Below are positions 24,383 through 37,585 of a stretch of 64,000 nt of DNA, piece by piece. How positions within the stretch are numbered: position 1 is the stretch's first letter; each line of letters opens with the position of its first letter. A program made the position numbers and the translations under genes. The notes beneath the pieces are model-generated. The model was given only the letters and a program-made list of their open reading frames with translations, did not search any database and had not been told where the DNA came from. Source of the DNA: Lytechinus pictus (taxonomy: Eukaryota); NCBI RefSeq assembly GCF_037042905.1, contig NC_087252.1, positions 2,358,001-2,422,000 of the forward strand, given 5' to 3'.

Positions 24383-25630
24383 CCCTAAAAGGACCGGGCT
24401 ATTTGAGATGTATTGAGGACTGGGGGGGGGGGGGGCAAGATGGTCCCCCATCTGATCTCGGCCGCCGTTCGCGCGAACGCGCCGAAATTTGGCACGCACA
24501 TTCTTCAACACATAAACTACAAGCCAGTATTAAAAAAATATCTGAAAATAATCATTTTGTATTATTATTAATAAAATATGCAAATTTATTAATGAAAAAT
24601 ATTATTTGCATATTTAACACCCTATTTCACTTCAAATTTTCTCTTTTTTTTTGCAGATGTCATCTTTGTAATCTAATGTAAAGGTTTCCACGAAAAAAAA
24701 AATGCGAAAGCCAATATTTCCTTATGTATTTCTTGGTTTTTAGAATTTCTTATGTATTTCCTTGTTTTTTCATCTCTTGTTTTTCATTGTTTTTATCAAT
24801 GGAAATTATTACAGACCATTTAACAACTAAATTAAACCCTAAATTAATTAAGCAGACCAATTAGAACGAAAAATAATCACCATTTTATGAATTTCACCTC
24901 CCGGAGACTTTGTACACAAAATATAAAAATGAGCCATTTTCGGCATGACATTGCCTCGTAAAAAGTCATGTGACGTCGTGATGGCATACCCGTTTGTCGT
25001 GATTTTGGTCTCTAAAGTTGCGCAAGACTTCAAAAAAAAGTCAAAAGGTTCCAAGAAAGCAATCAAGGCGCCCCGGCCGAGCGGTGGCAAGAAAAGGCAC
25101 AGGAAAAGGGAATCTACATCTACAAGGTCCTCAAGCAGGTTCACCCCGATATTGATGAATTAAAATATAGTAGTGACAGGTCATCAGGACATGTCATCAG
25201 AGGTCATGCAAAGGTCACGACGCGCACGTCAAAATTTCGAAATTCCCCAAATCAACCGTGGTCAAATTTGAGTACGTTTCAGACCATTTTGAGCATGTCA
25301 AGAATTTGTGGAATAAACCACATACTATAACAGACCAACCTACACCATACCAAACACCACTCCACACCAGAACACACCCTCACACCACACATCTATAAAT
25401 GTTTGTTATGTAATGAAAAATGTGTCATATGAATGATATGAAGACAGAAGAAACTAATGAATCAAATCAAATTGTGCTATTACACACATCGGTGTTGGAA
25501 GAACACAATACATTGGTCTCAATGTGGCAAAGTCTCTGTAAACTTTGTAAACCTTTTGCGTTTCGGAAATATCGCGCGAAGCGTCGAGGAGGGGGTGGGG
25601 CAATGCCCCCCCCCCCCAGTCCTTTTAGGG
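24383..25630. mobile_element. piggyBac-like non-autonomous element carrying the H2B fragment
   Basis: TTAA|CCCTAAAAGGAC ... GTCCTTTTAGGG|TTAA. Confidence 0.85.
25044..25150 (+). pseudogene. H2B: Histone H2B N-terminal fragment with frameshifting deletion
   Basis: KGSKKAIKAPRPSGGKKRHRKR then, in another frame, GIYIYKVLKQVHPD, the diagnostic H2B sequence; the KESY segment is missing. Confidence 0.9.
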
Positions 25631-28423
25631 TTAATGACATCTTCTGCACATCTTTTTACTAGAAAGATGATGATATGGTATCGAAGGCTTACGTGCTTGA
25701 TATATCAGGCATGATGAATGATGAACAAAAGTGCTAACTAATTAAGAAAAAGGATTAGTTATGCATCAAACAAACATAACCAATAAAAAATACTTGTTTA
25801 GACATGTAATGAACAAAGGATGATACCAGTTTATGAATAATTATATATGAAATTTCATATAAAATAGTTAAAAAACTTTTTTTTCATGTCGCTTTTCTGT
25901 CAGCTCTAATTGCCAAATAATATATAATGTTAAAGTGTTAACAAACGAATGCATGCTAGTGGGACTTGATAATAAATTCAGTTTAACTCATATCCCACTA
26001 GATCCCGTCACGCCCTTTGCACTCAATGCTTTGCATATTTCGAGCTAATAAGAACCATGATAAACTAAACTCACTGCCTTTTAACGTTATAACCATTATA
26101 TTCAGTTCAATTATACGGACAAAGCTTGGAAATGAAAAACACAAATTTTCCCTTTTTTCGGAGGGGGGGGGGGGCAAAGTTTTCCAGGATCCATTCAGAA
26201 AAGCGGAGTGTTTATGAGAGAGGCTAACGCGTGTTCTCTGATGCGAATTGAACCGAAAATCAGTAGAGATGGAAACGTTGCGGAAACCCATTCCACTTTG
26301 CGTGATTAAAGCAATTTATACAGGTAATATCTGTTCGTCATTATCATTATTAGGTTGAAAACAGCACCCTTTGTGTACAACCATCACGCTTCATTTACAC
26401 GTACTAACGACTGACCTGCCCCCATTTAATAATAATTGTAATTTTGTTCCCCTTTTTATTTTTACTTCTATCTCGTATATTACGAATTATAAGATGAAAG
26501 TCAGATTGAGGTGTACAATAAATGCGAGCAACATTGTACCCGTTGTTATACAACCGTTATCTTACGTTTATGTATACCGACCTATATATCATGAACCCCC
26601 CGTTAAAATATTTTTTTTTCACTTCTATCTCATTAATCATGGTTTATAGGTGAGGTATCAGATAATAATTACACTACCGTCAGTTTCGTTGGTGTAAACA
26701 AATGAATCGTATATTTTAAAGATGCCCCTTTAGGAATATTTTGGCTCTTTATTTTTTCAATTTCACTTTTTTCTCAATCTCATTTGTCAAGGTGTATCGG
26801 TTTGGTGTCAGCTCCTGGTGTACAGATGAATGTGACCTAGGTGATACCCGTAATATACAACGACCATGCCTCATTTACACAAACTGATGAACTAATATAA
26901 TAAACCTGCAGTGGCCGAATAAAAAAGCCCCCCCCCCCTCCCCCCAAAAAAAAAAAAAAATAAAAAAAAATGAGGGGGCCTAATAAGGCGTATCTAGTAA
27001 AATTTACAATTCAATTGTGAGAACACACTCTGAACACTCCTACAGCCGAGATGTACATGTAAAACTGTATTCATGCTATTAATATTGAGTATTTCACAGT
27101 GTGAATAATTTACTGACATAGACCGCTATGTGAACACACTGGAGAGGAATCCACTGTGAAGACATTGTGAAACACCGTGTTCTGTGAAAAAGAAAAGTCA
27201 TGCGTGACGTTATACAAATAGCTTCATGAAATCCTCCTCATATTCGGAGATAAATGACCAAGTTACCAAGGGCCTTTTCACAGGTGAATCTTGAATCTTC
27301 ATTGAATGATGATTGCTGTTGTAATCGTGACTGTGATTACAGTTCGTGATTCTTATCATGTTTTAGTTTTGTTTCACACGTGCAAAATATTCGTCATAAG
27401 CCTTATTTTTCTCTGGAATCATCATTGAAATTACGATTTTTTTTTACCGTGTAAAAGTTAGCCTACAAAGTCACGCGAAATAGCGCACATATCAGCAATA
27501 AATCAAATTAGAAAAAAAAATGTAATTGAAAGACTGATGGGAGATTGCAGAACAGAGAAGACTTTAAAAAGAGACAGTTAAAATGCGTAATATATTGTTG
27601 ATACGAATGATCATTCTTGCATAACATTGTATGCAATGAATCCCATTTAATGCGTGTACTTGAGTAGGATTCTATTCAAAACCGGACGTTATATACCTAT
27701 CTGTCCTAAGCACTCATACATGTCATATTCAATGTAACAGCCTACCATTTTTATTTGTTTATTTATTTATTTTTATTTATTTTAATTTTATTTATGTATT
27801 TATTTATCTATTCATATATCTATCTATTTATTATTTATTTATTTATTTATTTATATTTCTACCTATTTCTTATGTATTTATTTATATATTTGTTTATTTA
27901 CTAATTTTTCTTTTCCTTATTAATATTGTTATCATCATCACTATCATCACCACTATCATTATCATTATTATTACTATTGATGATAGACTTTATATTCGTA
28001 CAATGCAGTAATACCCTTCTTCTGAAGTACAGTAGGTCATTGTTACCCTTGCAATAAATCCATGGCAAGTAAATAAGAAAATTGTTTTAATCATGTTCCC
28101 AGACTGTCATCAATGCTTTGAGTGTCAAGTGTGCTGAAGAATTGCATCGCTACAGTTACATATTCGAGTCACACTTTGCTACCCATCGTTAAACAACTTT
28201 GAACCTATTTCCAAGGGATATTTTTTTTCAAAGGACACGAATGAGAAAATGGCAAAGTCTGTTCTTTGCAGTTTATGCGTCAAATGTACGCCAAATGAGG
28301 CCAATAAGTGGGCTTAAAGGTTTGTAATTTCACAAGACATACACGGGAGTCGTTTTACGTTCGCCATTGTTTTGTTTATCTTTCAAATTGATAAAATGTA
28401 TGTTATGATTGTTTTTCCTGCAG

Positions 28424-28539
28424 TTATCCTCAATGAATTATTACTAATTGATGCGCACGTTGGTGACGCCCTCTTGCGGGCGGCAGAGACGGAGTTCGAA
28501 CACGCTGTCAAGTGCATCCTCGATTATGCGACGAAAAAG
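28424..28539 (+). CDS. TRPC: TRPC coding exon 2 (ankyrin)
   Basis: Acceptor ttttcctgcag; VILNELLLIDAHVGDALLRAAETEFEHAVKCILDYATKK; donor GTCAGT; phase 1 in, 0 out. Confidence 0.9.
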
Positions 28540-28783
28540 GTCAGTCTTTTTGCTGCATAATGGTCTCCTCCCTACTACCCCTCCCCCACATATCAGGGTC
28601 GGGTTTCGAACGTAGGGCGGGGGCTGAGCCGATAGCGTGTGGGAGGCCTGACCATGTAACAAATCACAATAACTTATATTCTTACACTGTAAAAACGCTG
28701 TTTAAAATTTTATTGTTTAATTTTTTTTAAACGAGTTGTCTAAAAAAGATTAAACAACTTGTTGTTAGAGTGGCAGGCTTTAA

Positions 28784-29406
28784 CCCTAATAATACTGGGG
28801 GCTGATTCAGCCCACCCCCCCTGGAAATTTTTCGCAAAATTTTTGACCGCGTCCCTCGCTTACTTTTTACTTTCAAGTCTCGCACAACTTTTGAGACCTA
28901 AATTGCGACCCCCGGGTACGCAGTTTCTAAATTACGCAACTTTTCATAAGTGTATGCAGACGCAAAATTGCTCAAAAACGTGAATTCGTGTACAAATCCA
29001 ATGCAAATAGTGTTTTTAGTCGAAATTCATAAATGTATCATTTATTTTTTCTTTTTACTGAAAAAAATCTATTAATTTCATTTTGTCTATGGTCATAATA
29101 AAGTCCCCAGCAATTTCCATTGAAAAAAAACAATAAAAAACAAAAAGTCAAAAAAACTAAGAGATACATAGGAAATTTAAAAAACAATAAAATACGTAAA
29201 CAAATGAATGTGATGTTGAAACTTTTTCGAAGTACAACAATTCTTGTAAAGAGACTGTGAACCAAAAAATAGAATTTTAGGGGCATCATTTACTTAATTA
29301 GAGCAACGCACGATCGATGGCCGAGATCATAAGGGGGGGGCTGAATGAGCCCCCCCCCCCCCCCCCCCGTCTTCTTATGCGTCGAAATAGCCCAGTCTAT
29401 TTAGGG
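28784..29406. mobile_element. Related piggyBac-like MITE (no H2B), opposite orientation
   Basis: TTAA|CCCTAATAATACTGGG ... CCCAGTCTATTTTAGGG|TTAA; internal similarity to 24383-25630. Confidence 0.8.
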
Positions 29407-30716
29407 TTAAACAACGTGCTATTTTATTTTTACTGTTAAATGCTTTTTGTTTGTATAGTGTATTGAAGAATCGGTGTGTTTGTGTGTGTGTGGGGGGGGG
29501 GGTGAAGCCTCCCTATCCCTTGCTCCTTTTCATCTTAATATTTTATATATATGTTCATAACCAATATATGCATCACGCTTTCAACCTTTTCGTTCATTCC
29601 TCCTTTAAACAACTAGTTTTCTTTGAATGCCAATAATCAATCAAGTATTAATCTTTTTGGTGCTCATACTTCTCCAAATACTTTTACAAGCAGTCTTTGT
29701 AATTACTTACCAATAAGCTTATTTTCTGCAAGGCCCTCCTTTTTCAAAACACGAAATGCATGCCATGTGAATATTATTCATGCTTCAATGAGACAATTGT
29801 ATTCTGTAATACCTCACGTTCCAGTTCTGAATGCAGATTACAACTGGATGTTTTATTATTTTGCTTAAGTATCGCGCGTCGCAACTCACTGTTTGATTAA
29901 AAGAGATGCAACGGTGAATAAAAGGTGATTATCAAAAAAAATTGTTTAAAAAAGCATATTTTTGTCGTTTGTGGTGATCTTCCAAGGTCGCATGTATTCG
30001 ATATTATTGTCTACGCTCTTTGCTTTGGAAGAGAAATATCATGGATTTGAAGTCGAATAATCGTGTTAGTTCTGGAGGTTGCACATGTAGCATCAATGCT
30101 TCACCCAGAAACATGATAAGAGTTTTCCCTTTTTAAAGTAGCAAGACAATGTGACATGATTGATGAATCGCTAGCAATGAGCAGATCATTTTCAAGGACA
30201 TTTTCTTCATAAACACCAATATTTCAATCACTTTTAAATTCAGGAAATAACCATCAATACCTCTATGGTATGTGGTATGATTGCAATCTGAACTCTAGCA
30301 ATAACGAAAAATTTATGCAGCCCGTGTGGATGCCCTCGCCCCTCCAACTTCCTCACCATATCGGTTACCAATCGAATTAAAAAAAGTAATGGTTAGTTTC
30401 TCACAGTATGCTTCTTCTGCCCCAGAGTATAAACGTATTTTGTTGATGACATTTCATCCTCCCCAACGTTTAAGATCTTCTGATTCCAAATTTGCTCGCT
30501 GTTCCAAAGGCTAAGAAATCGTTGAAAATAGAAAATAGATATTTACTTTGTACATTCTGGGCCTTCCCTGTGAAATCGATTGCCACATCATATTCTGATA
30601 TTCCTCATTTCAATGTTTCAAAATTGCTCTCAGCATTCATCTGTTTGAGATTGCCGTCCGATAGTTTTCATTCATCGTTTATTTTTTAGTATCCAATGTA
30701 TCCTTATATGTATACT

Positions 30717-30845
30717 ATAATAATAATATAGGGTATTTATATTGCGCACATATCCACCTTGTAATTAGGTGCTCAAGGCGCTCCTATATTACCCGGCTAA
30801 GCTAGGCGTTCATAGCGCACACAGCTTTTTAAGGAATTACTTCCT
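30717..30845 (-). repeat. Retroposon 3'-tail fragment; near-identical copy at about 33213-33320
   Basis: (TAA)n-TATAGGGTATTTATATTGCGCACATATCCACCTTGT...TATTACCCGGCTAAGCTAGGCGTTCATAGC in both. Confidence 0.7.
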
Positions 30846-32095
30846 TATTATCACTGTTTCGCCGTTTCAAGTCAAGTTATAGGTCGCATTCAAAGTTCAA
30901 AATCCATGATTTCGAATTCAGGGTAAAGTTCCATAAATAACAAAGTTTATTTTCAACAAATAGGAATACCTCTACATTAATATCAATATCACAACAATAG
31001 TCTCATGAAGAGCAATGTATGATTTCCGAATCAGTACGTTTCTGATACAATACAATTATTTTTTCTACTATGCACTATGTGACAATGAGGGGTTGTTTAT
31101 GTATCACAACTAAGTGACTATCATGGTCATGTTTTATACGAAGAAACTACTTTTCTTCTTTATCGGAGCGAGAAAAAAAACAAATCAAAACAAAGCTAAA
31201 AATTAATAATGCAGCACCTGTGAACAATGTCTTCCATTCCCGGTGGGGCATCGTTGCCCATGAATGCCTAGGTTAAAGGTCTTTCTGAATGTAATTTTGT
31301 TTTTTGCACAATGTACGATATATAGAGTAAACATGCTGGTTCGATTTACTTAAAAGAAATTAATTTATTTTTCTTTTTGTCAGAATTCAAGAGAGATTCG
31401 GTAATTAATTTGATATTTCTAGAAAAGACTATACAAAACTACAAAAAAGTATTATGAATCAAAAGGCTTGAAAACGAAGAATTAATTATAAATGTTATTG
31501 ATTTGTTTTGATTTTAATGAAATTGATACCTCTGATTAGGAAAAAAATCCAACTAGTAAAATGTACTTTAAAATACGCAGTACATGGCAGATTTAAAGAA
31601 AAAGATAGCTTGAGCAATTAACATGATTAATGCGGCATTGCTACCTTATTGAACTCAATACGATATTTCAGGGGAGTGGTCTGAACTTAGAAGCTGAAAA
31701 GAAGTACAAAATTAAAGTAACTACTCTCTATTTTTTTCGTAGAAGACAAGTAAAACAAAAACGATAATCCCCAAATGGAAGGGGGGTAGCCTCCTTTGCC
31801 CCTTTTTGATCCGCAGCTGAGGCGTGTGAAAACTAGTTATTAGCGTAGAGCTATTGTCGTAAATAGTCTGCAGGCACAGACCCGGACTGAAACCTTTCTT
31901 TTATCAACAAGTGTGTCTTAGCACAGGACCACCACAAATAAACTTGTTGTTTCTGTACGCTAGGAAATGACAGGGACTCTAGGCTACATATTCAGGCCTT
32001 TTTCATTGAGTGTAGTATTTGCACAGCAAAGTTAGTCTTTTCTACATCGATAAACTGTTATGTACTTCTCTCCTTCTGATATGTTGCCATGACAG

Positions 32096-32209
32096 CCGGA
32101 AGAGGACAGGGATCGCATCATCAATTGCCACTGTGAGGGCAGTGACTTTCATCCACTCCTAACTCCAATAATGAGAGCAGCTCAAAAAAATAATTACTCA
32201 ATAGTGAAA
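32096..32209 (+). CDS. TRPC: TRPC coding exon 3
   Basis: PEEDRDRIINCHCEGSDFHPLLTPIMRAAQKNNYSIVK (cf. TRPC FTPDITPIILAAHxNNYEIIK); cag / gtaagt; not in ORF track. Confidence 0.9.
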
Positions 32210-32645
32210 GTAAGTTAAATCGCGTTTATTGCGTGTACCTTTACTTTTTTTACCAACACATATATCCTTTTTACTTCTTAAATAAAAACTATACATGAAC
32301 CTGTACTGTTTAAATTAGAAATTTTCTTCAGTTATTGATCGCAAATCAATGCCTCTTGAAGGCAATCCTTTTTACTCGCCTACATGATCTTGCGGCAAAC
32401 TTTATGATCATACATAAACTTTTGGCGATATAGACCAAACTAGTATTTAAGTCATTATCAAATATTATACACACGGTAAAGTTGAAGGTTAGGCTATAGC
32501 TAGGCGTAAGAGCAAGTTTCTAATCATAAATGATTTCCGAACAAATCGCCTATTGAAGCATGATGCTGGATTTTAACATTTATGTAGTCTGTAAACTAAC
32601 TAGGCTTACTGTTATTGAAATCATTATTTTTCCATGACTATACAG

Positions 32646-32861
32646 AGACTTCTCGATGTCGGTGCTCGTATCCCCGAGTCCAAGTTCGATGACGGCGGCG
32701 GTTCTGGCGCAGGGACGATCGACAGCCTTCTTCAGTCAATTGGTCTGGTTGAAAAATACAGCGCCCTTGCCACCCCTGCGTATGTGACTCAAGCCTACAG
32801 CGACCCCATCGACAAAGCTTTCCAGCTGTCGAAGACGCTCGAGAAAATCAGTTATGTCGAG
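32646..32861 (+). CDS. TRPC: TRPC coding exon 4
   Basis: RLLDVGARIPE...DSLLQS...YSALATPAYV...DPIDKAFQLSKTLEKISYVE; cag / gtgagt. Confidence 0.92.
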
Positions 32862-32994
32862 GTGAGTGTGTGCGTGCGCGCGGATGTGGGGTATGGGAGT
32901 TTGTGTTTGTGTGGTCATGGTGGTGGTGGTGGGTGGATGTGAGTGTGTGTATGAGACATGAAGTGTGCGCCAACGTAAGTTATATATCCATGAT

Positions 32995-33147
32995 TACCAT
33001 GTTTACACTTAATCGGCTTTTGGTTCAGAACCAAAAGCCGATGCAGAATCGGCTTTTGGTTTATCTCGCACTGCGTTTACACACTGTTACAGCTCGCGGT
33101 TCAGAACCGCGAGCCGATGCAAAAGCCGATTAAGTGTAAACACGGTA
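32995..33147. mobile_element. Short copy of the TACCGTGTTTACACT family
   Basis: TACCATGTTTACACTTAATCGGCTTTTG ... CAAAAGCCGATTAAGTGTAAACACGGTA. Confidence 0.85.
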
Positions 33148-33769
33148 TACGTGTAAGATTGCATGTCTGAGTGCGCGCGCCAGGCCAGGGTGGATGTGTC
33201 CGGGGATGTCTATAATAATAATAATAATAATAATATAGGGTATTTATATTGCGCACATATCCACCTTGTTAGGTGCTCAAGGCGCTGCTATATTACCCGG
33301 CTAAGCTAGGCGTTCATAGCACTCCCACTCCCAAGGTTGGGAGTGAGGGTGTGTTGGTAAGTTACATTGTCCTTTTGCACGATCAAGAACATAACAGGAA
33401 TAGCTGACGCACGTGTTCTTGTTTTCGTGCAACAACAATATCAACAGGAAAACTTCTCAGTATTCATTCTCTACAGATGGTATTTTAAGAAGAAGAAAAA
33501 CTTGGCCCTGGGAAGCGGGGGTGTTCAGCACCCCCACGTTTTTCCAAGGGGAGAGAGAGAGAGAAGGGGGGGGGGGGGAGAAGAGCAAGAATAATAAATT
33601 GGGAAAAAAAATATATAAGGCGAAATGACGTACATTCGGTAACAACCAAATTCATCCTCTGTTTGTTTCTAACAATAAAAAATAATAATGATAACGTATG
33701 ATTATGTGTAGTTTTCTACATCAAAAAGGATGACGTTCTTGCTTTTTTCCTTACTCAATAACAAACTAG

Positions 33770-33859
33770 GTGGAACATAAATTAGTCTTTCAAGAGATGG
33801 GAAGAAAAATGGAACAACTCGCTGCCGATCTCATTGCCGAAGCAAGGAATACGGACGAG
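33770..33859 (+). CDS. TRPC: TRPC coding exon 5
   Basis: VEHKLVFQEMGRKMEQLAADLIAEARNTDE; tag / gtacaa. Confidence 0.88.
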
Positions 33860-33928
33860 GTACAAATAAAAAAAATAACTAACTTAATATATAATCATGA
33901 TAACACACATACTGTAAGAGAAGATCCA

Positions 33929-34216
33929 GATAATAATAATAATAGCGGTATATTTACCCAGGGCAGCCACTTCCGTTCCGAAAACTGTTCTCCCAGCGGG
34001 CCCTGCTATTATTACCCGGCTTTAACTGGGCTGCCTAGGCGCTCGAGCATTCAAGGATTTAATCCTGCCGGGTACCCATTTACCTCACCTGGGTCGAGTG
34101 CAGCACAGTGTGGATAAATTTCTTGCTGAAGGAAAACACGCCATGGCTAGGATTCGAACACACGACCCTCTGTTTGATAGGCAAGAGTCAGAACCACTAG
34201 ACAAAGACGCGCCCAC
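33929..34216 (-). mobile_element. tRNA-derived SINE with (TTA)n tail
   Basis: Minus strand: head with GTGTTCGAATCC B box, AAATGGGTACC core, simple-repeat tail. Confidence 0.8.
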
Positions 34217-34890
34217 TCAAAATAAAGTAACTCCTAAGGGAAAACTGTTTAAGCAGACCGATACGGCAAATTATTTCATCATAAACTAACTTCTGTGTCA
34301 AAAAAAAAATTCACCTCGTTATCATGCATGTAATGGATATGAAACAACGTTTCTCTTGAAAATTTGTGTTCAAAATAGTTTTTTTGAAAAGTTGGTACTT
34401 GAAAAAGAGGGCAAGGGTATATTTGCATTACTATAAATTGTATAGTAGCTACGAGGAGATAACATCAGCAGGATTATGAAAAATATCATGGATGTTTGTA
34501 TTTATAATTCGTCTTTTATGCGGTTTTTCTGAGAGAAAAAACAGAACTCATATTTTCATATTATGTCTTATGTTTTTTTTTTCGCATTTCATGTCCGATA
34601 CTTTGGCCATTGATAAAAGTTATCCAAAGTATCTAATACTGAATCATGGTAATAATCATTTTTAATCTTTCACGAACGGATTTATTTGAAATTCAGATGA
34701 CAAATAATAGATAAAGGAGTGGAGATTATTACGGTTTGCTAACACGATACAGTATAAGTAGCTACGTGTATTGCAACGCGACACAATCGGATCCTTGCGA
34801 CATTGATCAATTGAAAGAAAATATCAATCGATGAAATTTATTCTAATTCTATAATAACAACACTTATGATTTGTCATTTTTATAATCTAG

Positions 34891-35004
34891 ATCCTCACTA
34901 TATTGAAATATTCTGAGAAGGCTCCAGACAGGGCGAAAAAGAAAACTGCCAGTACCACTGTCCTACCTAAGATTTCCCGTGCAATCAAATATAAACAAAA
35001 AAGG
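34891..35004 (+). CDS. TRPC: TRPC coding exon 6
   Basis: ILTILKYSEK...LPKISRAIKYKQKR; tag / gtaagt; not in ORF track. Confidence 0.9.
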
Positions 35005-35427
35005 GTAAGTTGAATCAAAGAATGCCTACCTATTTTTGTTTTCCTCTTTTTTTCGGTAAAATGAAGGTCACACCGACCTGCAGGGTTTTTCATATAGCTA
35101 CTATCTTTATGCAACAAGTTGTTTATATGTTACGAGCGAATTTAGGAAGTATTAGTGATCAATTCTCGTGGTAAATCATATATATCGAATATTCATTGAT
35201 GTTTCTTTGGCGCCCATAAGAGGATCGCTAGTCGTTCGTAAAGTCGCTCGTGTTACTTACGAACAGCTTTAGGAAACACCCACTCGGTAGGTATGACCCT
35301 AACAGCGATGCTTGGGCTTATTTCGAGAGAAAAAAACCCTGGTGACTCTAATGCAGAAATTTGCGGTTTCAAGATACTGGATTTGAGATCAAGAAAAAAT
35401 TGGGATATTTTTTTAAACCAAGAAGAA

Positions 35428-35682
35428 CGCTTTAAAAGAATATTGGGTAAAATCTTACCCAGCACCAGGGTAATTATGTGTCCAACCAATTTGGGGCAGT
35501 ATTTTACCCAATGCGGGAAACATATTGTTCAGTATGGTTAAACAAATAAGCAGCAATTTCTTTAAAATGAGCAAAATATTCATCGCACTGGATAAATAAA
35601 AATGCCCAAAATAAATGCCCAATGTTGGTTGGACACATAATTACCCTCATGGAGCATTTTTACCCAATATTCTTTTGTGTGT
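35428..35682. repeat. Dispersed TIR-like repeat; homologous (inverted) to about 1235-1441
   Basis: ATGCCCAATGTTGGTTGGACACATAATTACCCTCATGG is the reverse complement of 1265-1302. Confidence 0.7.
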
Positions 35683-36022
35683 GAAGTTGGACATTGTGTT
35701 TAGTCTTATCCCTTACTTAAGTTCTTGTGCCACGTCAGCATCTCGACTGCTAGAAGCAATTACAAATTCAAACAAAATTGAAACAAAATTTTTGTTTAAA
35801 TATATAAATAGCCTAAATTTACTTTGGAGATCAGCGTATCATTTTTCATTTTATAATTACTTCAAGTTCAACGCAATCCTGGTCATGATTGAAGTCAACC
35901 ATCCCACAAAACAGAATTATCTGAAATTCAGACAACAAAATTAATAGTACCCATAGAGGTGTGAGTTATCATTGTCTCATTGAACAATTCTCTGTTCCTT
36001 TCTCACCTCTTTGCCACACCAG

Positions 36023-36210
36023 TTCGTGGCAGAGCCCAACTGCCAACAGGCGACATCAACTCAATTCCGTCGTCAGTTGGTTGATATAGGAGACTGGTCG
36101 GCATTCATGCAACTACTCCTCCTTCTAGGGGTTATATTATGTTACCCTCTCCTGAGCATATTGTACAAGATGGGAGTGAAAGGCAGCTTCAGGAAGTTTA
36201 TACGTACACC
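36023..36210 (+). CDS. TRPC: TRPC coding exon 7 (pre-S1)
   Basis: FVAEPNCQQ...CYPLLSILY...FIRTP; cag / gtaagt, phase 2 out. Confidence 0.93.
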
Positions 36211-36410
36211 GTAAGTTTTTTTTAACAAGAAACCCCATCCCCTCTCCCCGACAAGATGCTTGTTTTCAAGCTTTCTGTGTATCCATGTACGGTCTTTTAT
36301 TTTTTGGTTGTTGTTTTTCATTCATATTTTTTTAACACTAAAGTAATTCGATTAATTTGAAATATTAATAATCAACACCTCAGTTTGAGTAACTTTATTA
36401 TTATGACTAA

Positions 36411-36993
36411 AGGTCAAGTTCACCACAAAAAACTGTTGATTTGTACTAATAGAGAAAAATCTGACAAGCATAATGCTGAAAAAAAATCAACAAAACCGGA
36501 TGTAAATTATTAAAAAAATTATGACATTTTGAAGTTTCGCTTATTTTTCACAAAAATATGAACAAGTCAGTGACTTGCAAATGAGAGTCGATGATATCCC
36601 TCATTCACTATTTCATTTGTTTCTTATCGTTTGAATTATACAATATTTCAATTTTTACAAATGTGGCAATGGGGACCAACTTGACTTAACCATAAAATGT
36701 TCTAACGATGGTAATTCCATATGTTCAGAGAGGAATACAATTTTCTCTCACATGACAATGAGGGGGAAAATCATATTTTTCATACAAAAAAAAAGAAAAA
36801 GTGAGTGGATGACGTCATCAGTCACCCTATTTGCATACAGACCAGGATTTGCATATAACTGCTGTGAAATTACGCGGAATTTCGGACTTTCTTATTTTCC
36901 ATCCGATTTTGATAAATATTTTTGTGTGATGCTTGTTAGATTTTTCTCTTTTTATACGACTGAAACATCTTTTTATTGGAACGGACTTGTCCT
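36411..36993. mobile_element. Decayed Kolobok-like MITE
   Basis: AGGTCAAGTTC ... GGACTTGTCCT with CTAA/TTAG flanks; subterminal similarity to 8383-9178. Confidence 0.65.
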
Positions 36994-37207
36994 TTAGTTA
37001 TTCTTCTCATCAATTTGATCTATTTATATTTTGTCGTTTCATTTTTTGTTGAATTCTTCCTATTTCCCTCTCTGATAATAAAAAATTCTCGTTCATATTC
37101 TTTTAAGATTTGCATATTTGCTATCAGTTTATTACCGTGTATAAGCATGCATAGTAATACAGAAGAAGTAAAAGTAGTTCCGTATTATTAGTATCAGTAA
37201 TACTATT

Positions 37208-37245
37208 GGTAGTAATTGTAGTAGTAGTAGTAGTAGTAGAAGTAT

Positions 37246-37278
<33 letters not shown>

Positions 37279-37324
37279 CAGCAGCAGCAGCAGTAGAAGT
37301 ATTAGTAGTAGTACTAGCAGTAGC

Positions 37325-37359
<35 letters not shown>

Positions 37360-37393
37360 AAGTAGTAGTAGTAGTAGTAGTAGTGCAGTAGTA
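37208..37393. repeat. (GTA)n / (GCA)n microsatellite
   Basis: Direct reading. Confidence 0.97.
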
Positions 37394-37448
37394 ATTGTTA
37401 TTGTAATTTGTAATTTAATTCCCCTTCTTATAATCCTTTATACTACAG

Positions 37449-37585
37449 GTATGTCAAGTTTATGATGCAACTGGGATCTGACATTGCTCTACTAGCCATT
37501 ATCACAGCCAAAACCTTCATTGATGGCCCCCAAGATATCTCACTTGAAATATTTGAAATCGGTTTACTTGTTGCATTTGCGTTGG
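37449..37585 (+). CDS. TRPC: TRPC coding exon 8 (S1-S2)
   Basis: (P)YVKFMMQLGSDIALLAII...FEIGLLVAFALG; cag / gtgagt; not in ORF track. Confidence 0.9.

Noticed and set aside
24945..25163. Functional histone H2B gene
   Set aside because: No proper start, frameshifted, lacks most of the histone fold and the 3' stem-loop.
37206..37391. Poly-Val ORF
   Set aside because: Translation of an intronic (GTA)n microsatellite.
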